Under the pieces are notes generated by a model. That model was given only the letters and a program-made list of their open reading frames with translations. It was not told the origin of the DNA and did no database searches. A DNA stretch of 64,000 nucleotides from positions 2,308,849 to 2,372,848 of the forward strand of contig OZ220467.1 in the NCBI GenBank assembly GCA_965116075.1, given 5' to 3'. The DNA comes from Thermodesulfobacteriota bacterium (GTDB lineage Bacteria > Desulfobacterota_D > UBA1144 > Nemesobacterales > Nemesobacteraceae). Each line of letters starts with the position of its first letter. Position 1 is the stretch's first letter. Position numbers and translations under genes: made by a program. Shown here piece after piece: positions 34,754-44,859 of this stretch.

Positions 34754-35287
34754 TTATGGACAGTGAGAATATAAACGCTTGTGTAGCGAAACGGTGAAAG
34801 CCTCTTCATGTTTGAGAATCGCTTTTTTGACTTTAAGTCCCCAGCGATAGCCGTGAAGAGATCTATCTTTTCCTATGATACGATGACAAGGCACAATATA
34901 AGCGACAGGGTTGTTCGCCACTGCGTTTGAAACAGCCCTTACCGCGTTAGGCTCTTCTATGAACTCCGCGAGAACTGAGTAGGAAATTGTATCTCCCTCC
35001 GAAACCTCAAGCAACTTCTCCCAGACCCGCAACTGAAATCGGGTTCCCAAAAGTAAAATTTCTGACGACTTATTTTGTGTCGGGGAAAACACCTGCCGAA
35101 CCATAGCACGGGTCCCCTCTTCATCTCTTCGGTTATCTGGATTTGGCCAAGTATTATGGAAAACCTCCATATGGGATTTTGAATCGGAACTGAAAAAACT
35201 CATATGACATATACCCTGTTCGCAGATTCCGACAAGACATTTTCCAAACGAGGTGTCATGGATTCCGTAGACAAGCCTCATTGACAT
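34754..35287 (-). CDS. ogt: Methylated-DNA-protein-cysteine methyltransferase
   Basis: Active-site VPCHRIIG. The start is uncertain: M at 35287 or 35335. The annotated ORF extends to 35431 but would overlap the neighbouring gene. Confidence 0.8.
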   Translation of the reverse strand: MSMRLVYGIHDTSFGKCLVGICEQGICHMSFFSSDSKSHMEVFHNTWPNPDNRRDEEGTRAMVRQVFSPTQNKSSEILLLGTRFQLRVWEKLLEVSEGDTISYSVLAEFIEEPNAVRAVSNAVANNPVAYIVPCHRIIGKDRSLHGYRWGLKVKKAILKHEEAFTVSLHKRLYSHCP

Positions 35288-35411
35288 CCTCTCTTTTTTC
35301 TTTTCGTGGGAAGTCACCTCTTTTGTGTTAACCATGACATCTCTCCACAGGCGATGAGATTGGGTTTTACAAACACTATTCCTACTTGGTTCTGGGGTTA
35401 TCAGTTGCAAC

Positions 35412-36641
35412 TCAGCCTCCTCTTTTTCCAAAAATGGATCTTGCTATTATCATTTTGTGTATCTCATTTGTCCCCTCGTATATCTCACCTACTTTTGAAT
35501 CTCTGTAGATTTCCTGAACCTTGTAGGTTGAGCGATCATGGGCAAGTTCTACCATAAGCCCAAGGCCTCCGAATATCTGAACCGCGTCGCGGGCCATGGT
35601 GACGCTTATTTCCGAACCGTAGTATTTAGCGGCGGAGGTTTCAAATGTCGGAAAAGAATCCTCGTTATCAAGGCAAAGTGCAGCTTTTATATAAAGATTT
35701 CTCGCATTTTCTATCTCAACGGCCCTCCGCGCCAGTAGAAACTGCCAATACTGAAAATCCGCTATCTTTTTCCCAAAAGACTCTCGTTCATTCATAAACC
35801 GAACGCACTCATCAAAGGCTGACTGCGCCATACCAACTCCACTTGCCCCAATTCCGGTTCTACCGTAAAGAAGAGAATTTACAGCTATGTGCAGACCTTC
35901 TCCTTCTTTACCTATTAGGTTTTCCCGAGGTACTTCCACATTTTCAAGATATATGTCGTAGGTAAGCTCTCCTCTGTTTCCAAGTTTTTTGTCCGGCTCA
36001 CTCACGGTGCAACCGGGCGAATCAAGATCAACAACTATCATTATAGACTTACCTTCTACAGTGGCGAGCAACGTCACAAAATCCGCCACGCCAGCGTTAG
36101 TTATATAACGTTTGTGACCGTTTATAACGTAGTTATCGCCACCTCTTTGAGCTTTTGTCTCAAGAGATTCTGTTCTCACGTCAGAACCCGACCGAGGTTC
36201 CGTCATAGCGAAAGACCCCACTGAGTCTCCAGAAACAACCCGTGTCAGATATTTTTTCTTTATATGGGATGAACCCATAGCTAGGGTCTTTCCACAAAGC
36301 AAAAAGTGGGCGTTTATCATCCCTGCAAAACTCGCGCTCATATAGGCTAGTTCTTCTGTCATAACTGCGGATGCGCATGCGGGGTAGGAAAGGTCTAGAC
36401 CTCTGTCCTGTTTTGAAAACGGGATTCTGAAAAAACCTTGGTCCGCCGCTTTTTTGAACAGCTTATAGGGGAAATTTTCGGTTTTCTCTTCTTTTTCTCC
36501 TATTTCTCTAGCAAGAGGAAGTAACTCTTTTTCCGCAAAGGTCCTTACTTCTTTTCTTATCTTTTTTGTTTCTTCAGGAATAAAATGGTCCTTGTAAAGC
36601 CTTGTCTGAATCCTCTTGGGCAATTCGCACATTTTGATCAA
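35412..36641 (-). CDS. Acyl-CoA dehydrogenase family protein
   Basis: 409 aa. FAMTEPRSGSD, the C-terminal IYEGTNEIHKMIIAR, and QIFGGLG. Confidence 0.85.
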   Translation of the reverse strand: MIKMCELPKRIQTRLYKDHFIPEETKKIRKEVRTFAEKELLPLAREIGEKEEKTENFPYKLFKKAADQGFFRIPFSKQDRGLDLSYPACASAVMTEELAYMSASFAGMINAHFLLCGKTLAMGSSHIKKKYLTRVVSGDSVGSFAMTEPRSGSDVRTESLETKAQRGGDNYVINGHKRYITNAGVADFVTLLATVEGKSIMIVVDLDSPGCTVSEPDKKLGNRGELTYDIYLENVEVPRENLIGKEGEGLHIAVNSLLYGRTGIGASGVGMAQSAFDECVRFMNERESFGKKIADFQYWQFLLARRAVEIENARNLYIKAALCLDNEDSFPTFETSAAKYYGSEISVTMARDAVQIFGGLGLMVELAHDRSTYKVQEIYRDSKVGEIYEGTNEIHKMIIARSIFGKRGG

Positions 36642-36712
36642 TCCAGTATAGAGTTATAACATCCTTAAGAAAAAACCTGCTGTGTATTTTCTAAACAGCC
36701 TAACAGTTTATT

Positions 36713-37178
36713 GAGGCATTTGCGCTGTCCAAAAAATGTATGAATATCAAGGGTTTTTAGAAGGGGTAAAAAACTTTTTACCCCAGAAATCCCCCCAAAA
36801 TACCCCAAAAAAGTCCTAAAATCGGCTAATGTAAGTCAAAACCCAGAAATTTCACCCCACACTAAAATCGGTTGATATAACTTCTGTAAAAATTCTCCCA
36901 AAAACAAATAACTTGATGATATTATTTATTTTTAATGCCACTATAAAGGTGTCTTCATAGGTTGAAATTATAATTTGCTAGCAAAACCTTCTTCTCTCCT
37001 ATAAGAGCAAGTCAAAGTTGTTTCTGGTCATCCTCAAGAAAAAAGCCCCAAAAATCGTTGTAGTGTAACTACCTCAAATTAATAACAAAGTTATCATCTA
37101 CAAAAGAAATAAACCCGTAGCAGTTCCACAATCATCAAAAGAAATCAGCATTAAGAATCACTACAGCGCAAATGCCTC
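36713..37178 (+). mobile_element. MITE family 2, copy B (466 bp)
   Basis: Perfect 16-bp termini. 6-bp duplication TTTATT (36707-36712 and 37179-37184). Intergenic. Confidence 0.9.
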
Positions 37179-37383
37179 TTTATTGTAACTAACAACCCGT
37201 CCAAAATTAAAGCGCTGTTTAATAGGCGGTAAATAAAAGATGGTTGGGTCTGTAGAAAAAGCAGAAAACAACTGAAACCCTTTTTCTTCCAGAAGTAGTT
37301 TTGGCGACCACATGCTTTGAGATGCAGAAAAGACGGACTTTGAATAGTTAGGAACACGAAAAACAACTTCCATTAATTCTGGC

Positions 37384-39177
37384 TCATGCTTTGTTTCCGG
37401 AAAGTTCCTCCACCTCATCCACCATAGCTTTTATAACATCAAGCCCCGATTGCCAGAAATTAGGGTCGTTTATATCTACTCCGATATCTCTGAGAAGTTC
37501 TGTTGGCGAGGCGCTCCCCCCAGAACGGAGAAGTTTCATGTAAGAAGGAACAAACGGGCTTCCTTGATCAAGAAACATACCGTAAAGAGCCAATGTAAGT
37601 AGTTCACCAAAGGAATATGCGTAGCAGTAAAATGGAGAGTGTATGAAATGTGGGATGTAAAGCCACCACCAAGAATAATTTTCTGTGAGAACCACTGAAT
37701 CCCCGAACATGACTTGATTAGCATCAATCCAGAGTTCATTTATCCTTTCGGTTTGAAGTTCTCCTTTATTCCTTCTTTCTTGATGCAGGCTCTGCTCAAA
37801 TCTTGTGAGCACAGCCTGTCTGAAGACCGTAGCCATTATGTCTTCAAGTTTTTCCGCGACTAGAACCATCCTAGCCTCTCTTTTTGTTTCTGAATCCTTC
37901 AGTCTGTGAAACACCAGCATCTCCGCAAACACGCTTGCCGTCTCGGCAGTCGTAAGAGGGGTGTGAGCCTGAAAATAACCCTGCCGCCTTGAGAGATATT
38001 GGTGCACTCCGTGACCGAGCTCATGAGCAAGAACCATAACGTCTCTAGGCTTTCCAGTATAGTTCATAAATACGTACGGGTGGACTGAAGGAACGGTTCC
38101 GTGGCTAAAAGCCCCGCCTCTTTTTCCATCGCGAAGTTCAGCGTCTATCCATTTTTCATCGAAAAATAAGGATGCGACCCGACTCATTTCAGAAGAGAAC
38201 TCTCCAAAGGATGAGAGCACTATATCCTTTGCGCTTTCCCATGACACTTCTTTTTCTCCCAAGACAATAGGAGCGTAGCGGTCATAGTCGTAAAATTTCC
38301 GATATCCCAAAAGTGCCCTTTTGATCCGGTAATAACGATTCACAAATCCGAAATTTCGCTCGCATGATTCAAGAAGAGCATTCACAGCGTCACTAGATAT
38401 CTCATTGCTCAAATGACGGGAGGACATTGGGTCTTCGTAATTTCTGATTCTGTCGTCTATTGAGTGGTCGTTAACAAGCGTGTTGAATATGTAGGTAAGC
38501 ACATGGGAATTTTTCTTCAAACCCCGAGTGAGTCCTGACCAAGCGGCTTTTCTTTTCTTTCTATCTGAGTCGTAGAGAAGCGCGAGAGTACGTGACTGAG
38601 AAAGTTTTTCTGTCTTATTAGAAATCCTCACGTGAAACTCAATATTGTTCACAACCTCGTCAAAAAGTCTTGAAAACGCCTTACGGCCAGTATTTGATTT
38701 TTCATAAAGTATTTTTTCCTCAGCCTCTGAGAGAATGTGGTCTTTATACTTCCTTTCTTGTTCAAGAAAGTGTTTGTACCGAGAAAGTTCTGGATGACAG
38801 AGAAGTTTTTTTGCTCTTTTGTTTGGAACAGAAACCCATTCAACGTCAAAGAAAACAAGTTTTTTCTGAATCTCAGTAGCTCTTTGTTGCATTTCGGAAT
38901 GGAAAGCCCCAGTCGTTGGGTCAGACGTATTCGCCGCAAAAAGAAGTGAGGAAAAAGAAAGTATTTTTCCGATTCCTTCTGACAATTGCTCAAGTTCTTT
39001 TACAGCCCGAGCAAGTTCCTCTGGCTTAAGCGATGGAGAGTTTATCCTGCCCCTGTATTTTTTTTCGATTTTATCAGCGCGAGCTGATATGCGCCTGAGG
39101 TCCCTTTTGATACGCTCATCAGAAATTCCACTGTAGAGAGCTTCCAGATTCCATCTTACGCCTTGCGCTTTTGTCAT
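37384..39177 (-). CDS. pepF: Oligoendopeptidase F family (M3B) metallopeptidase
   Basis: HELGHGVH zinc motif. The ATG at 39177 is preceded by GGAGGAG. Confidence 0.85.
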   Translation of the reverse strand: MTKAQGVRWNLEALYSGISDERIKRDLRRISARADKIEKKYRGRINSPSLKPEELARAVKELEQLSEGIGKILSFSSLLFAANTSDPTTGAFHSEMQQRATEIQKKLVFFDVEWVSVPNKRAKKLLCHPELSRYKHFLEQERKYKDHILSEAEEKILYEKSNTGRKAFSRLFDEVVNNIEFHVRISNKTEKLSQSRTLALLYDSDRKKRKAAWSGLTRGLKKNSHVLTYIFNTLVNDHSIDDRIRNYEDPMSSRHLSNEISSDAVNALLESCERNFGFVNRYYRIKRALLGYRKFYDYDRYAPIVLGEKEVSWESAKDIVLSSFGEFSSEMSRVASLFFDEKWIDAELRDGKRGGAFSHGTVPSVHPYVFMNYTGKPRDVMVLAHELGHGVHQYLSRRQGYFQAHTPLTTAETASVFAEMLVFHRLKDSETKREARMVLVAEKLEDIMATVFRQAVLTRFEQSLHQERRNKGELQTERINELWIDANQVMFGDSVVLTENYSWWWLYIPHFIHSPFYCYAYSFGELLTLALYGMFLDQGSPFVPSYMKLLRSGGSASPTELLRDIGVDINDPNFWQSGLDVIKAMVDEVEELSGNKA

Positions 39178-39192
39178 ATTGCTCCTCCTCAC

Positions 39193-39780
39193 TCACTTGT
39201 GAAAATCCTTCTCAAGCACGTATACGTTCTCAAGATCTCTCCCCACTCCCTTATAATCCATTCCGTAACCTACGAGAAATCCCCTGTTCATACGGAAACC
39301 CAGATAATGAGGCGCATGACCAACCATCACATCTTCCGCCCTTTTATCTATAAGGGCGCACATACGAAGCGAACTAGGATTTTTTGACTCAATATGCCGG
39401 AGAACAAATCCCGCCGTCTTTGATGTGTCAACTATATCTTCTATTATTATAACGTCTCTTCCCTCCACTTCGGATTCAATATCTTGAATTAGTTTAAGAT
39501 ACCCCGGTCGCGTATTCCCCTCATAACTTGAGATTCTGAGAGATCGTCTCTCAACTTTTACAGTCATTGCGTTAACTAGATCCTCAAAAAAAGGACGCGC
39601 TCCCAACAAAACACAGACCATGACAGGAATTTTCCCGTCGTAATCCCCTGAAATCCGTCTGGCAAGTCTCACCACGGTGGTTTTTATCTCGTTTTTCGAA
39701 AGAACCTCTCTAAGCGCAAGTCCTCCCAATATTTCATCCTGTTTAAGTAGCGTTAGATCCTTTCTCAATTGTTTTTTCAA
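39193..39780 (-). CDS. hpt: Hypoxanthine phosphoribosyltransferase
   Basis: PRPP motif VIIIEDIVDTSKT. The exact start is uncertain because the ORF overlaps the folK 3' end. Confidence 0.85.
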   Translation of the reverse strand: MKKQLRKDLTLLKQDEILGGLALREVLSKNEIKTTVVRLARRISGDYDGKIPVMVCVLLGARPFFEDLVNAMTVKVERRSLRISSYEGNTRPGYLKLIQDIESEVEGRDVIIIEDIVDTSKTAGFVLRHIESKNPSSLRMCALIDKRAEDVMVGHAPHYLGFRMNRGFLVGYGMDYKGVGRDLENVYVLEKDFHK

Positions 39781-40153
39781 GTTCGGGGCAAAGTTCGATT
39801 ATGGAATGGCGCAGAAAATCCCGTTTGTAAACATCTAAATCAATAATCTCTCCATTCCAGACGAGTATATCTAAATCCATTGTCCTCGGACCATACGGGT
39901 CTTCTTTCTCTCCCCTTCCAAGCGACGCCTCAACCTTTTTGAGCAGAGCTTTCAGATTTTCACGGCCAAGATTGGTTTGCGCAAGGACAGAGCCGTTTAG
40001 AAAATTTTCCTGATCCCTAGTGCCTATGGGCTTTGTTTTTACGAATCGTGATTCGTTTAGGACACGGAGGGTTTCTCCCAGAATCTTTCTAACAACGCCT
40101 ACGTTGCTTTCCGCATCTATGTTTGAACCAATTCCGATAATTACCGTATTCAA
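39743..40153 (-). CDS. folK: 2-amino-4-hydroxy-6-hydroxymethyldihydropteridine diphosphokinase
   Basis: IGIGSNI, FLNGSVL and GPRTMDLDILVW motifs. Confidence 0.85.
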   Translation of the reverse strand: MNTVIIGIGSNIDAESNVGVVRKILGETLRVLNESRFVKTKPIGTRDQENFLNGSVLAQTNLGRENLKALLKKVEASLGRGEKEDPYGPRTMDLDILVWNGEIIDLDVYKRDFLRHSIIELCPELEKTIEKGSNAT

Positions 40154-40224
40154 GGCGTGATCACAAAGTTTTAATGGGCGATGGTTTCTAACTCTAGAAT
40201 TGTAACTGAAAGTCGATCTGAAAA

Positions 40225-42081
40225 TCAGACCCGCTTGAACTGAAAATAGTCATAGGCGCGATCAATTTCCTTACACGGGTCTTCGTCCACTATGAGATAG
40301 AGCAGGTCTCGGGCTCGTGTCATCGCAGCGTATAATCTATCCAGATTCAACTGCCGCTTTTCTTCTATTTCTGAAGGTAAAGACTCAGAATCTACAAGAC
40401 TAGACTCATCTAGCGGAAAGCGCGATTTGCCAAGACGAGGTATAAACACCACGAGAAACTCCATTCCCTTAGCGCGGTCAAATGTTCCGATACGAACTCC
40501 TTGACCAATCGGTTCATCGCGAAGACCTTTGAGATTAAAACACGGAATTCCTTTATTATTCAAGTAATTCTCAAGATCAAAGACGTCTGAACTTCTCCAA
40601 ACCAACACCGCTATTTCCTCTGGACTAAACCCTTCGTTAGTTATCAGATCTACGATTTCTTTCAAAATCACTTTAGCTTCTCCTTTTTCTGAGGTTTTTA
40701 AAAGCATGGGAAGCTCTCCAGAGTCACGTTCGAATTTCACATCTTCAGCCGCACCATCGTCATTGGCATCCTTGCCAATAAGCACATCTCCGCGCACCGC
40801 GCGGGCCGCCTCGAATATAGCCTTACTGTTACGAGAGTTAACGTTGAGAGTCGTCGAATTGCCCGTATAATCAAGATTGGCCCAACGAGGTCTATAACCA
40901 CCTGGATAAATTCTCTGCGCCGTGTCATCCATCATCAAAATGCTATCCGGCCGCAGTTGTGATTCCGGTCCGCCGGCTACAAGAGCCCTAACAAGTTGAA
41001 TGCCGACCAGAGTCATATCCTGACCCTCATCTACAATCGCGCAACGATATCTAGGAGTTCCTTCTTCCCAAACACGGTCACGGGCTTTGAGTAATCGGTC
41101 TTCAAATGAAGTCATTTTACGGACCTGCATTTCACAGTCCCATGCCTCACGTAAATTCCAGCAAATTTCACGGTCGCGTTTCTTAAAAGAGCGTATCCGT
41201 CCCAACCTCTCAAAACTTCCAGTATCAAGATATTCCTCTCTGCTTGCGTCTCTTCCTTTTATCACCCTTCGTATCTCTTCTTTCATGTATTCAGGGTCCA
41301 GCCTAGTTCTCACTTCTTCAGGCACGGTCTTTTGGTAAGCAGCATTAAACGCATCATCTTTTAAGTCTATTTCTTCGGATAATTCTGCCGAAGTAAGGAC
41401 TTTGTAGGCAAGTCTATCTACATTTATGAAATCAACATTCTCACAACGATTTGGCATGCGCGCAAAAAGGGATTCCATATAACCGCATAAGGAACGGCTA
41501 AATGTCGTCACCAGAATCCGATCATCCGGATAACGCTTACCCAGCATAGCAGCCCTGTGTAGTGCTATCACAGTTTTTCCCGTACCGGCTGCTCCTCTGA
41601 TGCGAGCAGCCCCAGAATAATAAGTACGCTCTACAAGACTTCTCTTTCTATTGGAAAGAAAAAGCATCCACTCCTCAAATCGCTCCGGCGGAAGTAAGTC
41701 AGGGTCGGTCTTTCCTTGGGTAGATATGGCAAGCGGTTCATAGACCAACTCGCGGTCATCAAGATTAGTATAATAACCTTGCCGATTAGACCAGTCATAC
41801 ATCTGATCGTGATGGCCCATATTAACTGACGCGAAACGAACGGGTTTACTGTTGTTATCAAGGTCCACGGCGAGTATTACTCGCAACTCCTGTGAGGCCC
41901 GTATTGACCAGTGGTTTTGCTTAGATCTAGGACCAAGCCGCTCGAAGTTGAGTCCGGGATGATGGATGTCATTCTGAAACTTATCAACGGCGGATATACA
42001 ACGTTTAATATCCGACTGCTGGAGATTGGATTGCTTTGGGTTAGACCTACGGAAATACTCTTTACCGATTAATCTTTTCAA
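40225..42081 (-). CDS. UvrD/Rep-type SF1 helicase with RelE/ParE-like N-terminal module
   Basis: 618 aa. N-terminus HPGLNFERLGPRSKQNHWSIRASQELRVIL..GHHDQMY. Walker A GAAGTGKT, VDEGQD, and the C-terminal GMEFLVVFI..YAAMTRARDLLYL. Confidence 0.7.
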   Translation of the reverse strand: MKRLIGKEYFRRSNPKQSNLQQSDIKRCISAVDKFQNDIHHPGLNFERLGPRSKQNHWSIRASQELRVILAVDLDNNSKPVRFASVNMGHHDQMYDWSNRQGYYTNLDDRELVYEPLAISTQGKTDPDLLPPERFEEWMLFLSNRKRSLVERTYYSGAARIRGAAGTGKTVIALHRAAMLGKRYPDDRILVTTFSRSLCGYMESLFARMPNRCENVDFINVDRLAYKVLTSAELSEEIDLKDDAFNAAYQKTVPEEVRTRLDPEYMKEEIRRVIKGRDASREEYLDTGSFERLGRIRSFKKRDREICWNLREAWDCEMQVRKMTSFEDRLLKARDRVWEEGTPRYRCAIVDEGQDMTLVGIQLVRALVAGGPESQLRPDSILMMDDTAQRIYPGGYRPRWANLDYTGNSTTLNVNSRNSKAIFEAARAVRGDVLIGKDANDDGAAEDVKFERDSGELPMLLKTSEKGEAKVILKEIVDLITNEGFSPEEIAVLVWRSSDVFDLENYLNNKGIPCFNLKGLRDEPIGQGVRIGTFDRAKGMEFLVVFIPRLGKSRFPLDESSLVDSESLPSEIEEKRQLNLDRLYAAMTRARDLLYLIVDEDPCKEIDRAYDYFQFKRV

Positions 42082-42491
42082 ACCAATTTTCCAAATACAG
42101 AATAGAACGCTCTTCTAACAGCAATTATCGTCTCCTCAATGGCGCATGTGATACTCATAAAGCGTTATAAATCACTGAAGAGTTGGGAAACGGCAAAGGC
42201 TTTGCCTAGTTGTGACGACCGCCGTTTTTGTGAGAGTAGTTATAACCGATATTTTGAAAATGTAAAACAATCGTTTTTTTTCTGTAGATCTTTGATTTAA
42301 AACGGAGATCTTTTACCAACTCAAATTGATTTTGTGAATTGTTCTGATGCTTTTCAGTGGTGTAAAACGGTATGGGTGTATATTGATTCAGTCTTCTGAC
42401 AGACAGTTCTTGGTTTAATGGGCGAACCATTATGTTAGCCATGTTAGCCAAAACAAAGAAATTGCAGAGTGGTCAAGGTTCCAGTTACGGC

Positions 42492-43340
42492 CTATTGATT
42501 TTCTGAGTGGATACGTTTTTCGTAATCACTCACTATTTTGCTTATTTTTGAGTAATGAACAGATACGCTATCAGCAACTTGTTTAAGCGTATAGTTTCCT
42601 GTGAGATAGGTCTTAGCTATAGCGTCATTTTTTGTATGTCCTTTTTGCGTAAAATCTAGGATAAGAACCGAAACTGGTTTTGTAATCTGATCGTGGGGAA
42701 ACTCTTTTGAACGGGATTTTTCTTTTATTCTCTCAAGAACCATGCCTATGAACTGATCGTCCCCAAGATATATCTGTTTTCTTACTTCAGCGAGTACGTC
42801 ATTGGTGAGATTTTCTTTAAGAAATTTTTCAAACCTATTTACGTCAGAGAAAAAATCCTGGGCAAACCAACTAAGGTCAAGATAACTCGGCGTCTGTTCT
42901 TTCCCAAGTAAGTACTTAAAACTACTCCACTTGTATTGACTAGAGTACTTTACAAAACCAGCTCTGAGTGGAAGACAGAAAATATGGGCAAGAATCGGTA
43001 GAAGATATTTCTCCTCCTGCACAACGATGGATTTGTACCTTCCACCAAAAACGTGGCCACCCGTACCATGAAGTTTGTTGGTACGCTGCGTATAAACGCC
43101 GTTTAACTGCCTTATGGCTTTTGAAAGATTTGGCTCGGGAGTTTTGATAATGAGATGGTACTCCGTAGGCATAAGACAATAACCAAAGCAACAGCATCCA
43201 AATCTCTCGCACACCCATTGAAGCAACTCTATCCAAATATTCGCATCATCACGACTTTGAAAAACCGATTGCCCACGGTTTCCCGCAGAGCAAACGTAAT
43301 AAAGAGCTTTTGGGTACTCGGGTCTTAAAGGCCTTGTCAT
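42492..43340 (-). CDS. IS200/RayT-like Y1 (HUH) transposase-fold protein with C-terminal DnaA-type HTH
   Basis: 282 aa. CLMPTEYHLIIKTP and GHVFGGRYKS blocks. C-terminal YTLKQVADSVSVHYSKISKIV. Confidence 0.65.
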   Translation of the reverse strand: MTRPLRPEYPKALYYVCSAGNRGQSVFQSRDDANIWIELLQWVCERFGCCCFGYCLMPTEYHLIIKTPEPNLSKAIRQLNGVYTQRTNKLHGTGGHVFGGRYKSIVVQEEKYLLPILAHIFCLPLRAGFVKYSSQYKWSSFKYLLGKEQTPSYLDLSWFAQDFFSDVNRFEKFLKENLTNDVLAEVRKQIYLGDDQFIGMVLERIKEKSRSKEFPHDQITKPVSVLILDFTQKGHTKNDAIAKTYLTGNYTLKQVADSVSVHYSKISKIVSDYEKRIHSENQ

Positions 43341-43405
43341 ATCATAAGATTATAGCAAAAACTAAAAACTATTTCAAGACCTGACCCTAAATTTCAACTG
43401 TTCCT

Positions 43406-44368
43406 CTAAGGCGCAAGAGTTTTCAAAGAAAAAACTATCTGTTCCCTTGATGCGGTATAGGGAATCATGAGTATCTGAAGATCAGAACTCGTGGAAAACT
43501 CCGCAAGCTTCGCCGTGGCTTGTTCTGCAGACCCGCTAACTGAAATCAAATCAAGCAGCTCATCGCTTATGGATCTTGTAGCCTCCGCCCTGTCTTTTTT
43601 CCAGAGTTTTCTTGCCTTGTCCGCTTCTTCTGCAAATCCGTAACTACTCACAAGTTTGTGGTAATAATTACCCATCGCGCATATGTAAAGCGCCACGAAA
43701 TTTCTAACTTTTTCTCTTGACTCTCGTATATCTTCAGATACCATCGCGGGAAGAAACGGGGCTACCGTTATCTCTCTACCTTTGGAAATAAACGCTTTGC
43801 TCCGTTGGTCCAATAGGCTTGTGGGACAGAGGTAGGGAATCCAACCATCTGCGATCTGAGAAGTAAGTTCTATGTTCTTAGGACCCATGGACGCTAAATA
43901 TATCGGTATTTTTTTCCTCAGAGGTTTGAAAAGAAGTCTGAAGTCTCTGAGTTTGAAAATCTTGCCGTTGTAGTTCACCCTCTCTCCCGAAAGCGCCATT
44001 CTTATTATTTCTACGCATTCAAAAGTTCTTCTGAGGGGTTTTTCGAATTTTGCTCCATGCCAGCACTCATTCAGATAAGAGCTGCTTATTCCTAAACCCA
44101 GTATTATTCTTCCTTCGCTATACTCATCCAGCGTAGCTACGGTCTGAGCTATCAAGGCCGGGCTTCTACTGTAGATAGAAACGATTCCCGTGGCGAGTTT
44201 TATATTCTTGGTAACGGAAATCATCTGTGATATGAGAGAAAACGCGTCCCTGCCCCACATCTCGGGAACCCATATCGAATGATACCCAAGGTCTTCAGCA
44301 AGCCTTGCAAAATAGACAAGGTCTTTTTTCTTCACATCCGACCAATAGGGAATTACAACCCCTCTCAA
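43406..44368 (-). CDS. LLM-class (luciferase-like) flavin/F420-dependent oxidoreductase
   Basis: 320 aa. GYHSIWVPEMWGRDAFS and LGLGIS blocks. Confidence 0.75.
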   Translation of the reverse strand: MRGVVIPYWSDVKKKDLVYFARLAEDLGYHSIWVPEMWGRDAFSLISQMISVTKNIKLATGIVSIYSRSPALIAQTVATLDEYSEGRIILGLGISSSYLNECWHGAKFEKPLRRTFECVEIIRMALSGERVNYNGKIFKLRDFRLLFKPLRKKIPIYLASMGPKNIELTSQIADGWIPYLCPTSLLDQRSKAFISKGREITVAPFLPAMVSEDIRESREKVRNFVALYICAMGNYYHKLVSSYGFAEEADKARKLWKKDRAEATRSISDELLDLISVSGSAEQATAKLAEFSTSSDLQILMIPYTASREQIVFSLKTLAP

Positions 44369-44859
44369 AACTAATCATCTCCTTTGAGCCGTGAAAATTT
44401 CTTCAGTAATTATGCTCTGACGCTACTGTCAATTCTCATAAAAGCCCTACACTGATGTTCTCACCAGCGCAACTTGCCTAACAATATAACGCTGTTCTCC
44501 ATATCCGCTGACTATTCTTCCTTAAGGGTTCTCACAGAATGAAATCTGTCACCTGTTTTAAGAAAAAGAACAAGCGACATCAACCCTCTAGTCCAGCTTC
44601 CTTTTTAATCGCCCCGGCCAGTCAGTTTTTGCTCGTTCCTAATAATCTGTGTCTGGCATTATCTCTGATTGGATACAGACACCGGCTCTTGCCTGTATTC
44701 TCTAACCCGCTTGAGAACAACTTCTCAAATATTTCTCAATATTCTAAAAAACAACAGCAAAAAGTCCAACTACCGCATTTCACAAGTGTCGTCGTAGAAA
44801 TTTCTGGTATTATTAAGGGATTAGATGCCTCTCCCTGATTTACCATAGCGAGTCTAAAA

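Noticed and set aside
42206-42451. An 81-aa ORF lies in the gap between the helicase and the RayT-like gene.
   Set aside because: Its composition is low-complexity and Asn/Gln-rich, and it has no RBS or recognisable motif. I treat it as non-coding.
44539-44838. A 99-aa ORF in the 490-bp gap upstream of the TauE gene, or a possible riboswitch there.
   Set aside because: The ORF has no RBS or motifs. I could not recognise any known riboswitch core sequence, only a weak hairpin near 44661-44690.
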